DNA of 42,400 nucleotides. Origin: Octopus bimaculoides (Eukaryota). The notes under the pieces were generated by a model. That model had not been told where the DNA came from, did no database searches, and worked only from the letters and a program-made list of their open reading frames with translations. Position 1 is the first letter of the stretch. The number at the start of each line of letters is the position of its first letter. The translations under genes and the position numbers were made by a program. The stretch spans positions 38,108,228 through 38,150,627 of the forward strand of contig NC_068999.1 in the NCBI RefSeq assembly GCF_001194135.2. Direction: 5' to 3'. This document shows, in pieces, positions 12,127 to 25,184 of this stretch.

Positions 12127-13124
12127 CATCCGTATGTCTGTCTGTCTATCTATCGATCGATCGATTGATCTACCTATAGATATCACTATAAATAGGAAGC
12201 TAAAAGTTATGGAATTTCTCCTCCGATACATTGGGTATTCGCAGTGTTTACCTATTGCCTTCTTGTCTTCGATTCCATACACACACGCACAACTTTTTTG
12301 ACGTCTAATCCAGAGAGTTTTGACGACAAAACAACATAAATGGATTAAATATATGATTTTTTATTCTGGTTCTTTACCCATTTTGTTATGTAGTCTCCTA
12401 TTTTTGCTTCTGTTTAGTAGCGGTGGGGATGGATTTCTTTTAACACATTCATAACGAATCCCAGCCCAAGTTCAACCATTTGAGAGAGAGGTGGACATGC
12501 TTGATTATATGGAACCTATCGATTATATCGATCCCAGTATTTTCATTGGTTCTATATCTTATGAAGCATTAAAATATTATAAACAAATGTCATCCCAGGT
12601 GGTACTTGAACCCGTAGCAACGTGAAAGGACATAACACATTTCTGTAAGTTATTTAACCTGCTTCACAACCCAACTCCACTCAACCACGCCATTACTTTT
12701 CACTCCACACCACGTTGCTCTCTCCTACGCCACGCCATTCTCTAATATTTCGGTGTCATTTAGTATTTTTTGTTTTGTTTGTATGATTCGATATTAAAAA
12801 GCAGCAAAAGAGAAAACACCAAATCCAACACCATCAAATAACCTCCAGTGATATATTCATATGTGGATTGCGAGATTAAATAAGAAACAAACACAACAAA
12901 AAACCGACTACGTTAGAATGTATATCTATTGAGATTGATATTACATCAGCAAATATTTTCTTTCTATGCACTAATAGCTATTTCCTATAGATCTATGTAA
13001 AAAGCACTGAAGTTACCATTGATATTACTTTTGTTTTCGTTTGTTGTTCATCATTTTTTTGGTAAAAAGGAAAAGCAAAGCAAAACAAAGAACTCAATGA
13101 AAATACGAAGAGATGTGTGTGTGT

Positions 13125-13169
<45 letters not shown>

Positions 13170-13879
13170 AAGGTATGTGTATAGGTATGTGCGTATGTAT
13201 ATAAGTAACTAGTAAAAACTGGTGATGCACGGATACAAACATACACACGCACAAACGCACACAGGCACACATACACACACACGTATTTTTAGTATATATT
13301 AATATATGATTTATATATATATAAGATATACAATATTTATATAAGTGTGTGTATGTCATTGTATAGACACAAATACGCCAACATTCATATATACACGGGT
13401 ATATATGTAGGATAAATATAAAAAGATAGATATATGAATATACATAAGCGTTTATATTTTCTCACATTCACACACATACGCACACATACGTTGTTTCCAA
13501 ATCTCGCCTCCGATCTACTATTAACCTTTTCATCAATGTGTTTGTTTTCGTTTCCTTGCTTGTTTTTTTTTTTCTTTTCATCTTCTCGTATACGAGATCC
13601 TTTGCTGTTTGCTTGGAACAGTAAAGTTCCTGAAATCATAATCGATGTTTCGAGACCTTTATTATCTCATCTTCAACATGAAGTGATGGTTAGCATGTAT
13701 TACTGCATTTTAACAGTAAACAGGTCTGATTTGATTGATGCAGACTTTATAGCTAGAATATCAGTTGTGACTGTTCGATATATATATATACATCACAATC
13801 ATGTGATAATTTTTGTGTGATATCTTCAGCATTCTGGTATCTTACGAAAATTGTACTTATGAATCGGTTTACATTCACA

Positions 13880-13930
13880 CACACATACACACGAGTGCGC
13901 GCACGCACGCATGTACGCATGTACGCACGC

Positions 13931-14022
<92 letters not shown>

Positions 14023-14080
14023 GCATGCATATATATATATATATACATAATACATAGAAGTATGTGTGTGTGTGGGGGGG
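13880..14080. repeat. Compound (CA)n-(TA)n-(GA)n microsatellite
   Basis: Seen directly. Confidence 0.9.
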
Positions 14081-15184
14081 TATAAAAGAGTGAGTAGACA
14101 ACCGAAAGTAAAAGGTACTCAACATATTCGGTGGGAGTTGTATATATATTATTATTGTTTAAAACTGTTTGATTCGGTTGCATGCGACTCAGAGTTTCGT
14201 AGGTTTCTTAAGGAAAACCAGCTCGTACAAGCATAGATTACCGAATGGAGAAATACAGGAAGTCCAGAATGGCTACTAAAAAATGGTTTGCTATTGGTCG
14301 AAGCAGGTCACATGGTGTTGCTAGATGTGAGATCGACATTTTAGTGACACCAGATACATAGGAAGCTGGTGCCGCTTTGGTGTCTGACAGGCTTTTGAAG
14401 GGATTTGAAAGCCGACAGAAGCAAAACCAGTGTGTGTGCATGTGTGTGTGTGTGTGTGTGTGTATGTGTGTGTGTGTATGTGTGTGTGTGTGTATGTACG
14501 TGTGTGTGTGTGTGTGTGTGTGAACATTTAAACACGTGTGCATTAGTGCCAACTGTATATGCGGACATGTGCGAATGTATTTAGGATGTATGTTTGCGTG
14601 TGTATGCGTGTATATTATGTGCGTATTTGTCTAGAAGAGAATATATGTGCACGTGTGTTTTTTAGATTGGGTGTGTTTTCATATATGTATGTATGTATGC
14701 ATGCTTTTGGTATTTATGTGTGCAGGTGTGACAGATGTATGCTAGTGTAGTTACGACAGTGTTGCTGGTGGGGAAAACAAGCGTGAAGTTTAGAGAGGTG
14801 TGGGAAAAGGAATGGGAGGAGAAATATACGTACATACATGTGTGTGTGTATGTGTCTATGTGCACGTGTGTTTGTGCATGTGTGTTTGTGCACGTGTGTA
14901 TGCGTTCGCGTAAAATATGTGTGTGTACATGTCTGTGTGTGCACTTGCAAGTGCACACTATATTTATGGGAGAGCGAATATGTGTTACAGAGGATGCTTG
15001 AAGTTCTACAGTTGGCTTGCAGTCTCCGTAGGCATTGATGGTTAGGAACCCTTCTCTTGTTTTTCATGTTTGTAGGGCAGCCAGTGTTGAGGAGCCGCCA
15101 ATGGGTTGTCGGCTGCCAATGGTTTCGAGTTCACCAAGAGGTGGTACCTCAGTTGGTAGCAATAACGTAGTTTGTATACGAGCA

Positions 15185-15345
15185 TATTTGTGTGGTAAGA
15201 TGCTTGTTTCCCAAACACATGATCCCCGGTTCAATCCCAATCTGTTGCACCTTCGGCAAGAGACTTGCACCATAGCCACGAGCTGACCAAGCCTTGTGAG
15301 TGGATTTCGTAGACGGGAATTGAAAGAAACCTGTCGTATATATGT
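15185..15345 (+). mobile_element. SINE family A, 5' half, continuing into a compound microsatellite (to about 15515)
   Basis: gtgtggtaagatgcttgtttcccaaacacatgatccccggttcaatccc...ccaagccttgtgagtggatttcgtagacgggaattgaaagaaacctgtcgtatata. It contains a B-box-like ggttcaatccc and aligns with the head of 2875-3200. Confidence 0.75.
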
Positions 15346-15403
15346 ATATGTATATATATATGTGTGTGTGTGTGCGTGTGTGTGTGTGTGTGCGTGCGCG
15401 TGC

Positions 15404-15484
<81 letters not shown>

Positions 15485-16210
15485 TGGACAGATAGATAGA
15501 TAGATAGATAGATAGTAACATTATATTCATATATGCACGCATATACACTCAGACACACAACACACACACAAATACATGCACATACACACACAATCACTGA
15601 AGCACACATAAACATACATTTGTATACATATGCAATTCTATTTCATGTTAAATCTTCTCTCCATGAACTCTCTATTGTAAGAGATGCATTTCACTTACCG
15701 TAAACTTGTATAATTTTCTCCTATGTCAATATCGGCCACGTTTATCTAGCTTCGTCCATCTTAGCTCTCCACACAATAATTATTCCGTTTGCTATTGTAC
15801 GTCAACTGTTGGCTACTGGACAAAAGGTGTTTCCGGTCCGGTACTTTGTATATCCGTGTGTCAATTCCCATTTAAAACGTTCATTCTCGCCATTCACCCT
15901 CAAAATATCTATTATCCGTTTTGTCATACAAGATCTTTTTTCTACATTTAACCAGAATTTGCTGTTGATGATTAAATACCTCACGTGTATATATCGCAGC
16001 TCTACGTGTTTGACCAACCATTCTTGTTGTTGTTCTTGTTGACGTTTGAAGACTGCTTTTGTCGATCAAAGACGCTCCTACAATGACTACTACATTAATT
16101 TTTTTAATACTATTTTTCATTATTTTCCATATTTTACTTACTGGAATGTTCCTACGAGGGTTAACCACCTCCATGGTTTTTAATCCAGTGTACATGCTTT
16201 TCTATCTATT

Positions 16211-16444
16211 TTTTTTACTTGTTTCAGTCATTTGACTGCGGCCATGCTGGAGCACCACCTTTAGTCGAATCAAATCGACCCCAGGACTTATTCTTTGTAA
16301 GCCTAGTACTTATTCTATCGGTCTTTTTTTACCGAACCGCTAAGTTACGGGGACGTAAACACACCACCATCGGTTGTCAAGAGATGTTGGGGGACAAACA
16401 CAGATACACAACATATACACACATGCATATATATATATACATAT
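16211..16444 (-). mobile_element. SINE family A, 3' half; the 5' half probably lies in gap 16445-17131
   Basis: ttacttgtttcagtcatttgactgcggccatgctggagcaccacc...accgaaccgctaagttacggggacgtaaacacacc is the reverse complement of the 3' part of the copy at about 3030-3200. Confidence 0.85.
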
Positions 16445-17131
16445 NNNNNNNNNNNNNNNNNNNNNNNNNNNNNNNNNNNNNNNNNNNNNNNNNNNNNNNN
16501 NNNNNNNNNNNNNNNNNNNNNNNNNNNNNNNNNNNNNNNNNNNNNNNNNNNNNNNNNNNNNNNNNNNNNNNNNNNNNNNNNNNNNNNNNNNNNNNNNNNN
16601 NNNNNNNNNNNNNNNNNNNNNNNNNNNNNNNNNNNNNNNNNNNNNNNNNNNNNNNNNNNNNNNNNNNNNNNNNNNNNNNNNNNNNNNNNNNNNNNNNNNN
16701 NNNNNNNNNNNNNNNNNNNNNNNNNNNNNNNNNNNNNNNNNNNNNNNNNNNNNNNNNNNNNNNNNNNNNNNNNNNNNNNNNNNNNNNNNNNNNNNNNNNN
16801 NNNNNNNNNNNNNNNNNNNNNNNNNNNNNNNNNNNNNNNNNNNNNNNNNNNNNNNNNNNNNNNNNNNNNNNNNNNNNNNNNNNNNNNNNNNNNNNNNNNN
16901 NNNNNNNNNNNNNNNNNNNNNNNNNNNNNNNNNNNNNNNNNNNNNNNNNNNNNNNNNNNNNNNNNNNNNNNNNNNNNNNNNNNNNNNNNNNNNNNNNNNN
17001 NNNNNNNNNNNNNNNNNNNNNNNNNNNNNNNNNNNNNNNNNNNNNNNNNNNNNNNNNNNNNNNNNNNNNNNNNNNNNNNNNNNNNNNNNNNNNNNNNNNN
17101 NNNNNNNNNNNNNNNNNNNNNNNNNNNNNNN

Positions 17132-17466
17132 TTTCCGTCTTTATGCTGTGCTCTCTTCACGTTCCTTGCATGGCTCTTCTCCTCCACCTGATATAGTCCA
17201 ATCAAGAGTTTTGATGGCACATCTGGTGTATAAGAGAATTTGACATCGCTGCCCTAAACTGTGTCTCATTTCGAGCCATTGGTTCGTCTGGTACCGTGGA
17301 GAGGAAAGCGTCGAGTTTTGACTTGAAGACCTCAACATCCATGTCTTGCAGGTCTCTCAAATGTTTTGGCAAGGCATTGAAGAGCTGAGGTCCTCTCAAA
17401 CCGAGGCTGCTGCAGCATCTCGTTCTTATGTGAGATGCAGTGGACGGCACCTTTGGCACCATGCAG
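17132..17466 (-). mobile_element. 5'-truncated non-LTR retrotransposon (CR1/L2 group) ORF2 C-terminus plus 3' UTR
   Basis: There is an uninterrupted frame CMVPKVPSTASHIRTRCCSSLGLRGPQLFNALPKHLRDLQDMDVEVFKSKLDAFLSTVPDEP...RAAMSNSLIHQ, with a stop at 17202. RGPxLFNxLPxxxR...FKxxLDxFLxxVPDxP is a characteristic CR1/L2-group ORF2 tail. The subfamily is not resolved. Confidence 0.8.
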
Positions 17467-18311
17467 TATGTTTGTATATATACATAAATAAATATGTGTT
17501 GTGTGTGCGTGCGCGCGTTTGAGTGTATGGAGACGTGATACAATGACGTTCTAAAATACATTAACAATAATATTTTGATTTCGAGCCGTTATTGGTACCT
17601 TTCTTAAATGGAGTGATGCGGGTCATGTGTCGATGCTCCCTGTTGTACTAAGCATCACGTGATCATGAGAAACGTTGTTATAACCGATAACATCTTTATC
17701 CTGAATTTTAAAATTGCTTAATTTCAGTTTACTCTTATAGTTTATTACACTTACGATGTATTCGTGCATTGATTATTGCGATTTTTGTTTGGCTAGGAAT
17801 AAAACATCTAGATTTTTTTTCTTCTAGTATTTTCATGGAATTATATCGAGGATGTTAGTGTTTTCGACTCATGTGTACTTCTTTTTTTATTTATCAAGTT
17901 ATGTTTCTATTAGCCGTGCATTTCGAGGAGCCATTGCAGCACATTATAACAGCAAACACGTAATAAAATAAGTAAGAAAATTGCTTCGGTTGATAACACA
18001 TCCATCCATTAAGCAATCTGTACAAATCTAGATTAGCTGGTGTGCTTATTAACAGTAAACTGCAAGCCAGAAATCAATACAACACATGGTATTTAAAACA
18101 TGTAAGTAAAACGAGTTAACTGCTACACACTTTTAAATGTCAATGAATATTTTATTCGTTACAGCTTCATTCACTTACTTTAAGCGCGGCAACAAGGTGT
18201 CATTGTCATCACTTCGTGCAGAAGGTATGGACGAGATGAACTTGAAACATTCAGAAATGTAGGAAACTTGAAAGTGAGACCTAAACATAAAGGATACATA
18301 AAACGATGCGA

Positions 18312-18349
<38 letters not shown>

Positions 18350-18449
18350 CCGGAGTAAGCTCATGAAATGTGCAACAAGGTGGAAAAAAGAGTACTCAAA
18401 TACCAGAGGTGGAGTAATATGCTATATTTAAAAGCAGCAGAAATATAAC
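18350..18449 (-). repeat. End of a probable dispersed repeat abutting (TA)n, cut by gap 18450-19109
   Basis: ccggagtaagctcatgaaatgtgcaacaaggtggaaaaaagagtactcaaataccagagg directly follows (TA)n. It resembles a TA-associated repeat I recall from octopus, but there is no second copy in the window. Confidence 0.3.
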
Positions 18450-19109
18450 NNNNNNNNNNNNNNNNNNNNNNNNNNNNNNNNNNNNNNNNNNNNNNNNNNN
18501 NNNNNNNNNNNNNNNNNNNNNNNNNNNNNNNNNNNNNNNNNNNNNNNNNNNNNNNNNNNNNNNNNNNNNNNNNNNNNNNNNNNNNNNNNNNNNNNNNNNN
18601 NNNNNNNNNNNNNNNNNNNNNNNNNNNNNNNNNNNNNNNNNNNNNNNNNNNNNNNNNNNNNNNNNNNNNNNNNNNNNNNNNNNNNNNNNNNNNNNNNNNN
18701 NNNNNNNNNNNNNNNNNNNNNNNNNNNNNNNNNNNNNNNNNNNNNNNNNNNNNNNNNNNNNNNNNNNNNNNNNNNNNNNNNNNNNNNNNNNNNNNNNNNN
18801 NNNNNNNNNNNNNNNNNNNNNNNNNNNNNNNNNNNNNNNNNNNNNNNNNNNNNNNNNNNNNNNNNNNNNNNNNNNNNNNNNNNNNNNNNNNNNNNNNNNN
18901 NNNNNNNNNNNNNNNNNNNNNNNNNNNNNNNNNNNNNNNNNNNNNNNNNNNNNNNNNNNNNNNNNNNNNNNNNNNNNNNNNNNNNNNNNNNNNNNNNNNN
19001 NNNNNNNNNNNNNNNNNNNNNNNNNNNNNNNNNNNNNNNNNNNNNNNNNNNNNNNNNNNNNNNNNNNNNNNNNNNNNNNNNNNNNNNNNNNNNNNNNNNN
19101 NNNNNNNNN

Positions 19110-19142
<33 letters not shown>

Positions 19143-19249
19143 CATTCAAACACACGGACATACAAATGTACACCTAGATATACATACATGTATATAAATA
19201 GGAAGAAGGTGTAAAGTGATGGAGACTGACAGAGGCCACCGGAAGGAGA

Positions 19250-19283
19250 GAGGGAGAGAGAGACAGAGAGAGAGAGAGAGATA

Positions 19284-19333
<50 letters not shown>

Positions 19334-19340
19334 GAGAGAA
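19250..19340. repeat. (GA)n microsatellite
   Basis: Seen directly. Confidence 0.9.
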
Positions 19341-19510
19341 GGGCATAGTTAAAAGGCAATGAAATGTCCAATAAAATCCTATTTCTCAAACTCCGATGTG
19401 CAGTATTTCATTTTATTTAGCGATACCAAAAACTGGAACAAGACAGATGCATAGAAAACAAGGCAAGAAAAAAGAAAGAAAAACACGAAATCAATACTTT
19501 TCCCTTGTCG

Positions 19511-19528
19511 TTAGTAGTAGTAGTAGTG

Positions 19529-19562
<34 letters not shown>

Positions 19563-19930
19563 GTGTTGTTATTGCTGTACAGTTGTAGTAGCAGCAGTGT
19601 TAGCAGTGTTAGTAGTGGTAGATGTTATTGTATCTGTAGTTGCAATGGTTGTAGTGGTGTTCGCAGTGGTGGCGGCTGTGGTACTGTCTGTGATTGTGCT
19701 GGTTGTGCTTGTGGTGCTGGTTGTGGAGGTAGTGGTGGTTGTGGTGGGGTTTCTTGCTCTTGTCGTTGTCGTTGTTGTTGTTGTTGTTGTTTTGGTGGTG
19801 GTGTCGGTAGCGGTGCTGGCCGTGATCTTGGCGGTGCTGCTAGCGGTAGAGGAGACGGTGCTGCAGACGGTGCTGCAGACAGTGCTGCAGACGGAGCTGC
19901 AGGTGGTGCTGCTCTCTGTGGTGGTGAGAC
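19511..19930. repeat. (GTA)n grading into a GC-rich degenerate trinucleotide tract, with four 12-bp repeats (GACGGTGCTGCA-like, 19854-19901)
   Basis: Seen directly. The tract is stop-poor, so several frames are open. Confidence 0.8.
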
Positions 19931-20155
19931 TAAGTTCTGCTGTCATGCCCAATGCGACTCGACAAATTTACGATCCGGTATGAATTTCATTGCTATGCGT
20001 AAATCTATCTGCCCTGATATTTGCAGCTTCCTATCACGTAGACTTATGCAAAAGTCATCTGTCCCAAGCCAACCTTACATACATATCCTCAATGAATATT
20101 GGCAGAGATTAGATGCGTCAGCAGATTTTCTAGAAATACGCCATCACACACACAA

Positions 20156-20207
<52 letters not shown>

Positions 20208-20386
20208 ACACAGACACAGATACATAGATATATCAAAAGATGTATAAGCATCTATACACACTATACACATACGTGCCTATTTATAAATATATGTATATAT
20301 GCATACGCAGCAATATGCATATAAATAAAAAAACATACGGAAATGCTCATATATACATATATATATATATACATACATTTATATTA

Positions 20387-20418
<32 letters not shown>

Positions 20419-22766
20419 NNNNNNNNNNNNNNNNNNNNNNNNNNNNNNNNNNNNNNNNNNNNNNNNNNNNNNNNNNNNNNNNNNNNNNNNNNNNNNNNNN
20501 NNNNNNNNNNNNNNNNNNNNNNNNNNNNNNNNNNNNNNNNNNNNNNNNNNNNNNNNNNNNNNNNNNNNNNNNNNNNNNNNNNNNNNNNNNNNNNNNNNNN
20601 NNNNNNNNNNNNNNNNNNNNNNNNNNNNNNNNNNNNNNNNNNNNNNNNNNNNNNNNNNNNNNNNNNNNNNNNNNNNNNNNNNNNNNNNNNNNNNNNNNNN
20701 NNNNNNNNNNNNNNNNNNNNNNNNNNNNNNNNNNNNNNNNNNNNNNNNNNNNNNNNNNNNNNNNNNNNNNNNNNNNNNNNNNNNNNNNNNNNNNNNNNNN
20801 NNNNNNNNNNNNNNNNNNNNNNNNNNNNNNNNNNNNNNNNNNNNNNNNNNNNNNNNNNNNNNNNNNNNNNNNNNNNNNNNNNNNNNNNNNNNNNNNNNNN
20901 NNNNNNNNNNNNNNNNNNNNNNNNNNNNNNNNNNNNNNNNNNNNNNNNNNNNNNNNNNNNNNNNNNNNNNNNNNNNNNNNNNNNNNNNNNNNNNNNNNNN
21001 NNNNNNNNNNNNNNNNNNNNNNNNNNNNNNNNNNNNNNNNNNNNNNNNNAGAAGCAACTGAGAGGAAAGTACGATAAAGAATTCAAATTAATAATTCGGA
21101 ATATTGAATAATATTTTAAATCTGATCCATCTTGTCAAGTGAAAATATATTACAATAATTCTTCTTAATTTTGCACAAAGTCAGCAATTTTTATTACCAG
21201 TAAGTAACTGGAGACGTAATCAGACCAACACCGGTTGGCTAGCAGTAGAGATATAAAAACAAAGGCTCGAGTGTGCGTACACGCACACACGCACACACAG
21301 ATGCAGAAAGACACAAATACGATGAGAATGGTGAGGTGCTTTGTTTAGGAACCCACTGATGACTGCTGTAGAAATTATGGTAAAAGAACGACCTCCACAA
21401 TTCCGATTTTCCCCAAATCATGACTTTCGGTAGGTTCGGAAACGGTGTGCATTCACTTCTGATGACCCTATCAGCTTGATACTTTCAGCTTCGCGTTGCT
21501 TTCGACTTGTAGCACTCGTACCTGCAAGTTGTTTGCCAACTATGCACACATATTAGCATTTTCCATTTTTTGATTCTCGCTTCATCTCTTTTTCTATCTG
21601 CCCTTCTTACCCACCTCTGTCCCTCTGTTTGTTACCAATACAAATACCACCTTTTGTTCACGATATACATATTACTGAATGCCCTCTTTCTCTTCTCCTT
21701 AAGCAGAAGAGGGTCTCGAATCAAATGACTAGGGCAAAGATAGTAATCACCAAATTTCAGTATTGGGCGGCCAAATATTTCTTTGTTAGGCGCTGTTGAA
21801 AGACAAAACAAAATGAAAACAAAAAAAAAAACCTTCGTTAATTTTATTGTGTTCCCACCGCTGTCGGTGGCGTGTTGAATGTAACACGTAGTTGCAAGAG
21901 ACACAGTGTGTCATATAACTTATATGGAATTAGCACGATAAGATCAGTGGATTCTGTTGTCGCAGTACAACGAATATTTATCAGCTGCGGCGTCTGCACG
22001 TTTCCAATTACTAGCAAACTGAAGATCTCAAATTTTCTGTTTTCTTGTTCATGAATATTTAGCAACAATCAGATGAGAAAGTAAGAACGAATGCCTGTTT
22101 TCCTAGTTTTATTTTTTGGATTTCAAACCAACAGAGGAAAAGCCTGTTTCTAGCCGAGACAAATGACTCTTTTATCGGAATCTTAATTACATTAAACAAG
22201 GTAGTAATCATATACGTATATATGCGTTTCTCCATATATGTGTTTATGTTATGATTTTGTTTTCGTATATATTGATGCTTGTACTTATATGTTTATATAT
22301 GTGGCCTGTGTTTGTGTAGGCGTGCGCTGGAGCACGCGTCGGAAGATGCGATTGATGCCAGTCATGTGTTTATTCAAAAAAATCTATTGCTATAAAAAAA
22401 ATTCTATCTTCAAGGCATAATTTAGGCGGAAACACAGTTTATCTGGAACAGGACAATGTGTTTGCGTGCGCGCGTGCGTGGGAGAGAGAGAGAGAAAGAG
22501 TGCGTGTGTGTGCGTGTGCTGAAGTGGGCCCCGAGATCATGCTTAGTAATTTGGAGGACTGCCTTCATATTATACACTTCCTACAAACAAGAGAGCACTG
22601 GCACCAATCAAACGACAAAAACAAAGAAGACAGTCTTCAGATTAAGAAATGCTTGTAATGTTCTCTTTGTGATATGTAAGCGAGAAAGAGTCCGTCAGAA
22701 ATACACGAAGAGAAAATATTACATGAAGAAATTTGTTATACACGTCCTCACCACCACCTCCATACA

Positions 22767-22826
<60 letters not shown>

Positions 22827-24509
22827 AAGAAAAATAACTCTGTCAATAAAGATTACGTGTCGATAGCATAAAACTGGATCCAAAAGCCAGAAGCGTTTGT
22901 AATGAAGAGGACACCAAAACTAAAGCAACAACAATCTCACTTGGGCCAGTAACATAATTCAATCTGTAACCGACATTTCGCGGCTCAGATCTGCAATTGC
23001 AGAGAGAGCTCGTCCAGGATTTTCTTGCAATCACTAATCTATAAGTCTTTTGGGTAGTCATCCATCACGTTCCTTGGTTCGGTCTGCAGACAATGAAGTC
23101 ACAGCCCCTTCCTTCCTGATATTATATGAAAAAAAAAAAAACAGATCATTCATCGATTTACTTTAGGGTTGTTCTGCAGAATTTCCTTTATATATTATTT
23201 TATACCAATATAGTCATTTTGTGCCATCCATTAATCAATGTTAAACAATAAACAATATTTATGCTCATAATCGCACGAGTTACAATGTTTGGTTCCACCA
23301 TATTTAACATATTATAACGCTGCTTAATGTTCTTTACTTCATTACATTTTTCTATTGTACAAACGAAACCCAGCATTAACCTTTCCTACCACATTTCGCA
23401 TTCATCTGAAATATTTGCTTCTTCAACAATTTTTAATAAATTTATTTCCATTTCTGTCTTTTACCCCTGAAGACGTACTTCTGTAATCCTCAAGTGGGAA
23501 TGTCTCGTCAAAGAAAGTTTTCCAAGACATCAAATGTAGAAATGCTTCACTGCAATATATTCGCCGTTCCGTCTGGTGAATATATCTATGATTTATTGCT
23601 TTCAAAGTACAGTGTCGAATCGCATCTGATCAAAACGATAGCTTACCGTGTCCGCCTTTAATACTGACGGGTCAATGCATTCGGTTCCATAATGAATGTT
23701 GAGCTGTGTCTTAGGTTAAGAGACTTAACTCAGCTATTACAGTATTGTGTGCTTAGATGTAAAATGGCCATCATAGAGTAATACAGTTCATTAATGCTTT
23801 AAGCGGCCACTGCTCTTTATAACTTATCAATTTATTCGTATTTTGAAATGAACATATCTCAAGCAGTAAATAATAAAATCCTACCTTTAGAACGAATGAG
23901 CACAATGTTAGGTGTAATAAGAAGTTGCAACATTCATTCATTTCTTATATTCATATGATATGAATGAACTGAAAGTATAAAATCAATGTTCAAAGTGTGG
24001 GACGGCTTTATCACTGAGGTAATACCACAATGAAACTCTTCTACCCAGAATCCTATCATCAAATATATCCTCCCTTTTCCAACTTACTTAAATGTAATTC
24101 GATGCCAATTTATCAGTTATTTCAAGCAAGCAGAGCGGCCATTTAAAACTATCCATCATTTTCAGCATTGGAAAATTAAATTACCTTTGAAGGGATGCAA
24201 CCTCTAAACGTAAAAATTAGTTTCTGCGTCCGAAGATTTCTTATCTGGAACAAAGTACAAACTGTTCCGTTCAGTCCCTTTAATATCTGACTTTCTGAGT
24301 TCGAGTCCCGATGAGGTCGATTTATCCCTTTGTCGTACTAAACCGTGGTGGGATTAGAATAGATACTTGTCAGATGGTAATAAAGAATTAATGGCCAACA
24401 TCGTTTCCGAAAATATATGACCTTCTAGCTAAGCTCCATTTCCTTTACTTTGTAAATATAACAAAAAAAAAACACTATAACAAACAATGAGAAAGCATTA
24501 ACACGGTGG

Positions 24510-24610
24510 CTAGACTTGCTAAAGAAAGCAGCTGCAATTTTCTAAGATAACACTCAACTGTTTTTAAAAAAGTGAAAAGATTCATTAGAGAATGTGATCC
24601 TAGATACATT
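24510..24610 (+). repeat. Degenerate copy of the CTGCTAGAAATA-core dispersed repeat
   Basis: gacttgctaaagaaagcagctgcaattttctaagataacactc is similar to 1064-1100. Confidence 0.35.
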
Positions 24611-24979
24611 GTTAGGAGAGCAAAATAGTTACAGCTAGAATGGCTGGATCATAGACGACCTGGGGTTAAATAGCAACAGTGACAACATCAGTATACTGGT
24701 ACCACTTAACTTAATTAAATCGAAGACCAAATGTACTTTTAGAGTAAAGCAGTTTTTTTCTCAAATAAATCAAGACTAACATAATCGAATCTATTCAGTC
24801 TCCATGTATTTCATTGCAGAAGTTCTGAGAGAATTTACGAGAAAAACTAAAACAAACTACAAAAGAATGTATTCGATATCTTTATTCCAGAGATCTCAGA
24901 TTAATTTCGAAGTGTGAGCACATAAGTGTTGGGGCTGCTCGCTACGTGTTCCGCAGTCTCTTGAGTCATTTCCTTTAAC

Positions 24980-25013
<34 letters not shown>

Positions 25014-25143
25014 AAAGCACTAGAACATAGGCGAATAAGTATACGCATATTGCATATGCAAATATGTAAACATGGATATAGAAACATATATAACCATACA
25101 TTNNNNNNNNNNATATATACATATATATATATATGCACGCACA

Positions 25144-25184
<41 letters not shown>

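Noticed and set aside
13490-13632. Minus-strand exon-like frame GTLLFQANSKGSRIREDEKKKKNKQGNENK...
   Set aside because: It is mostly the reverse complement of a T-rich tract, the splice sites are mediocre, and there is no recognisable domain.
14267-14430. Plus-strand KWFAIGRSRSHGVARCEIDILVT...VSDRLL, weakly like the end of a LINE APE endonuclease
   Set aside because: Only scattered residues match, there is an internal stop, and there is no adjoining element sequence. It is too weak without a profile search.
15698-16195. Unique-looking segment with minus-strand donors and several 70-100 aa ORFs
   Set aside because: No frame is open from an acceptor to the donor at about 15698, and no motif is recognisable.
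21420-23120. Several short protein-like frames after AG sites (e.g. TSATSRKQREAES..., QKRVSNQMTRAK..., RALEHASEDAID..., ISDCKKILDELSLQLQI)
   Set aside because: All end within 15-35 codons, they lie on mixed strands, and they cannot be chained into a consistent gene model. This is expected by chance.
24293-24335. ttctgagttcgagtcccgatgaggtcg as a tRNA gene
   Set aside because: It is only a B-box-containing SINE family B remnant, with no cloverleaf.
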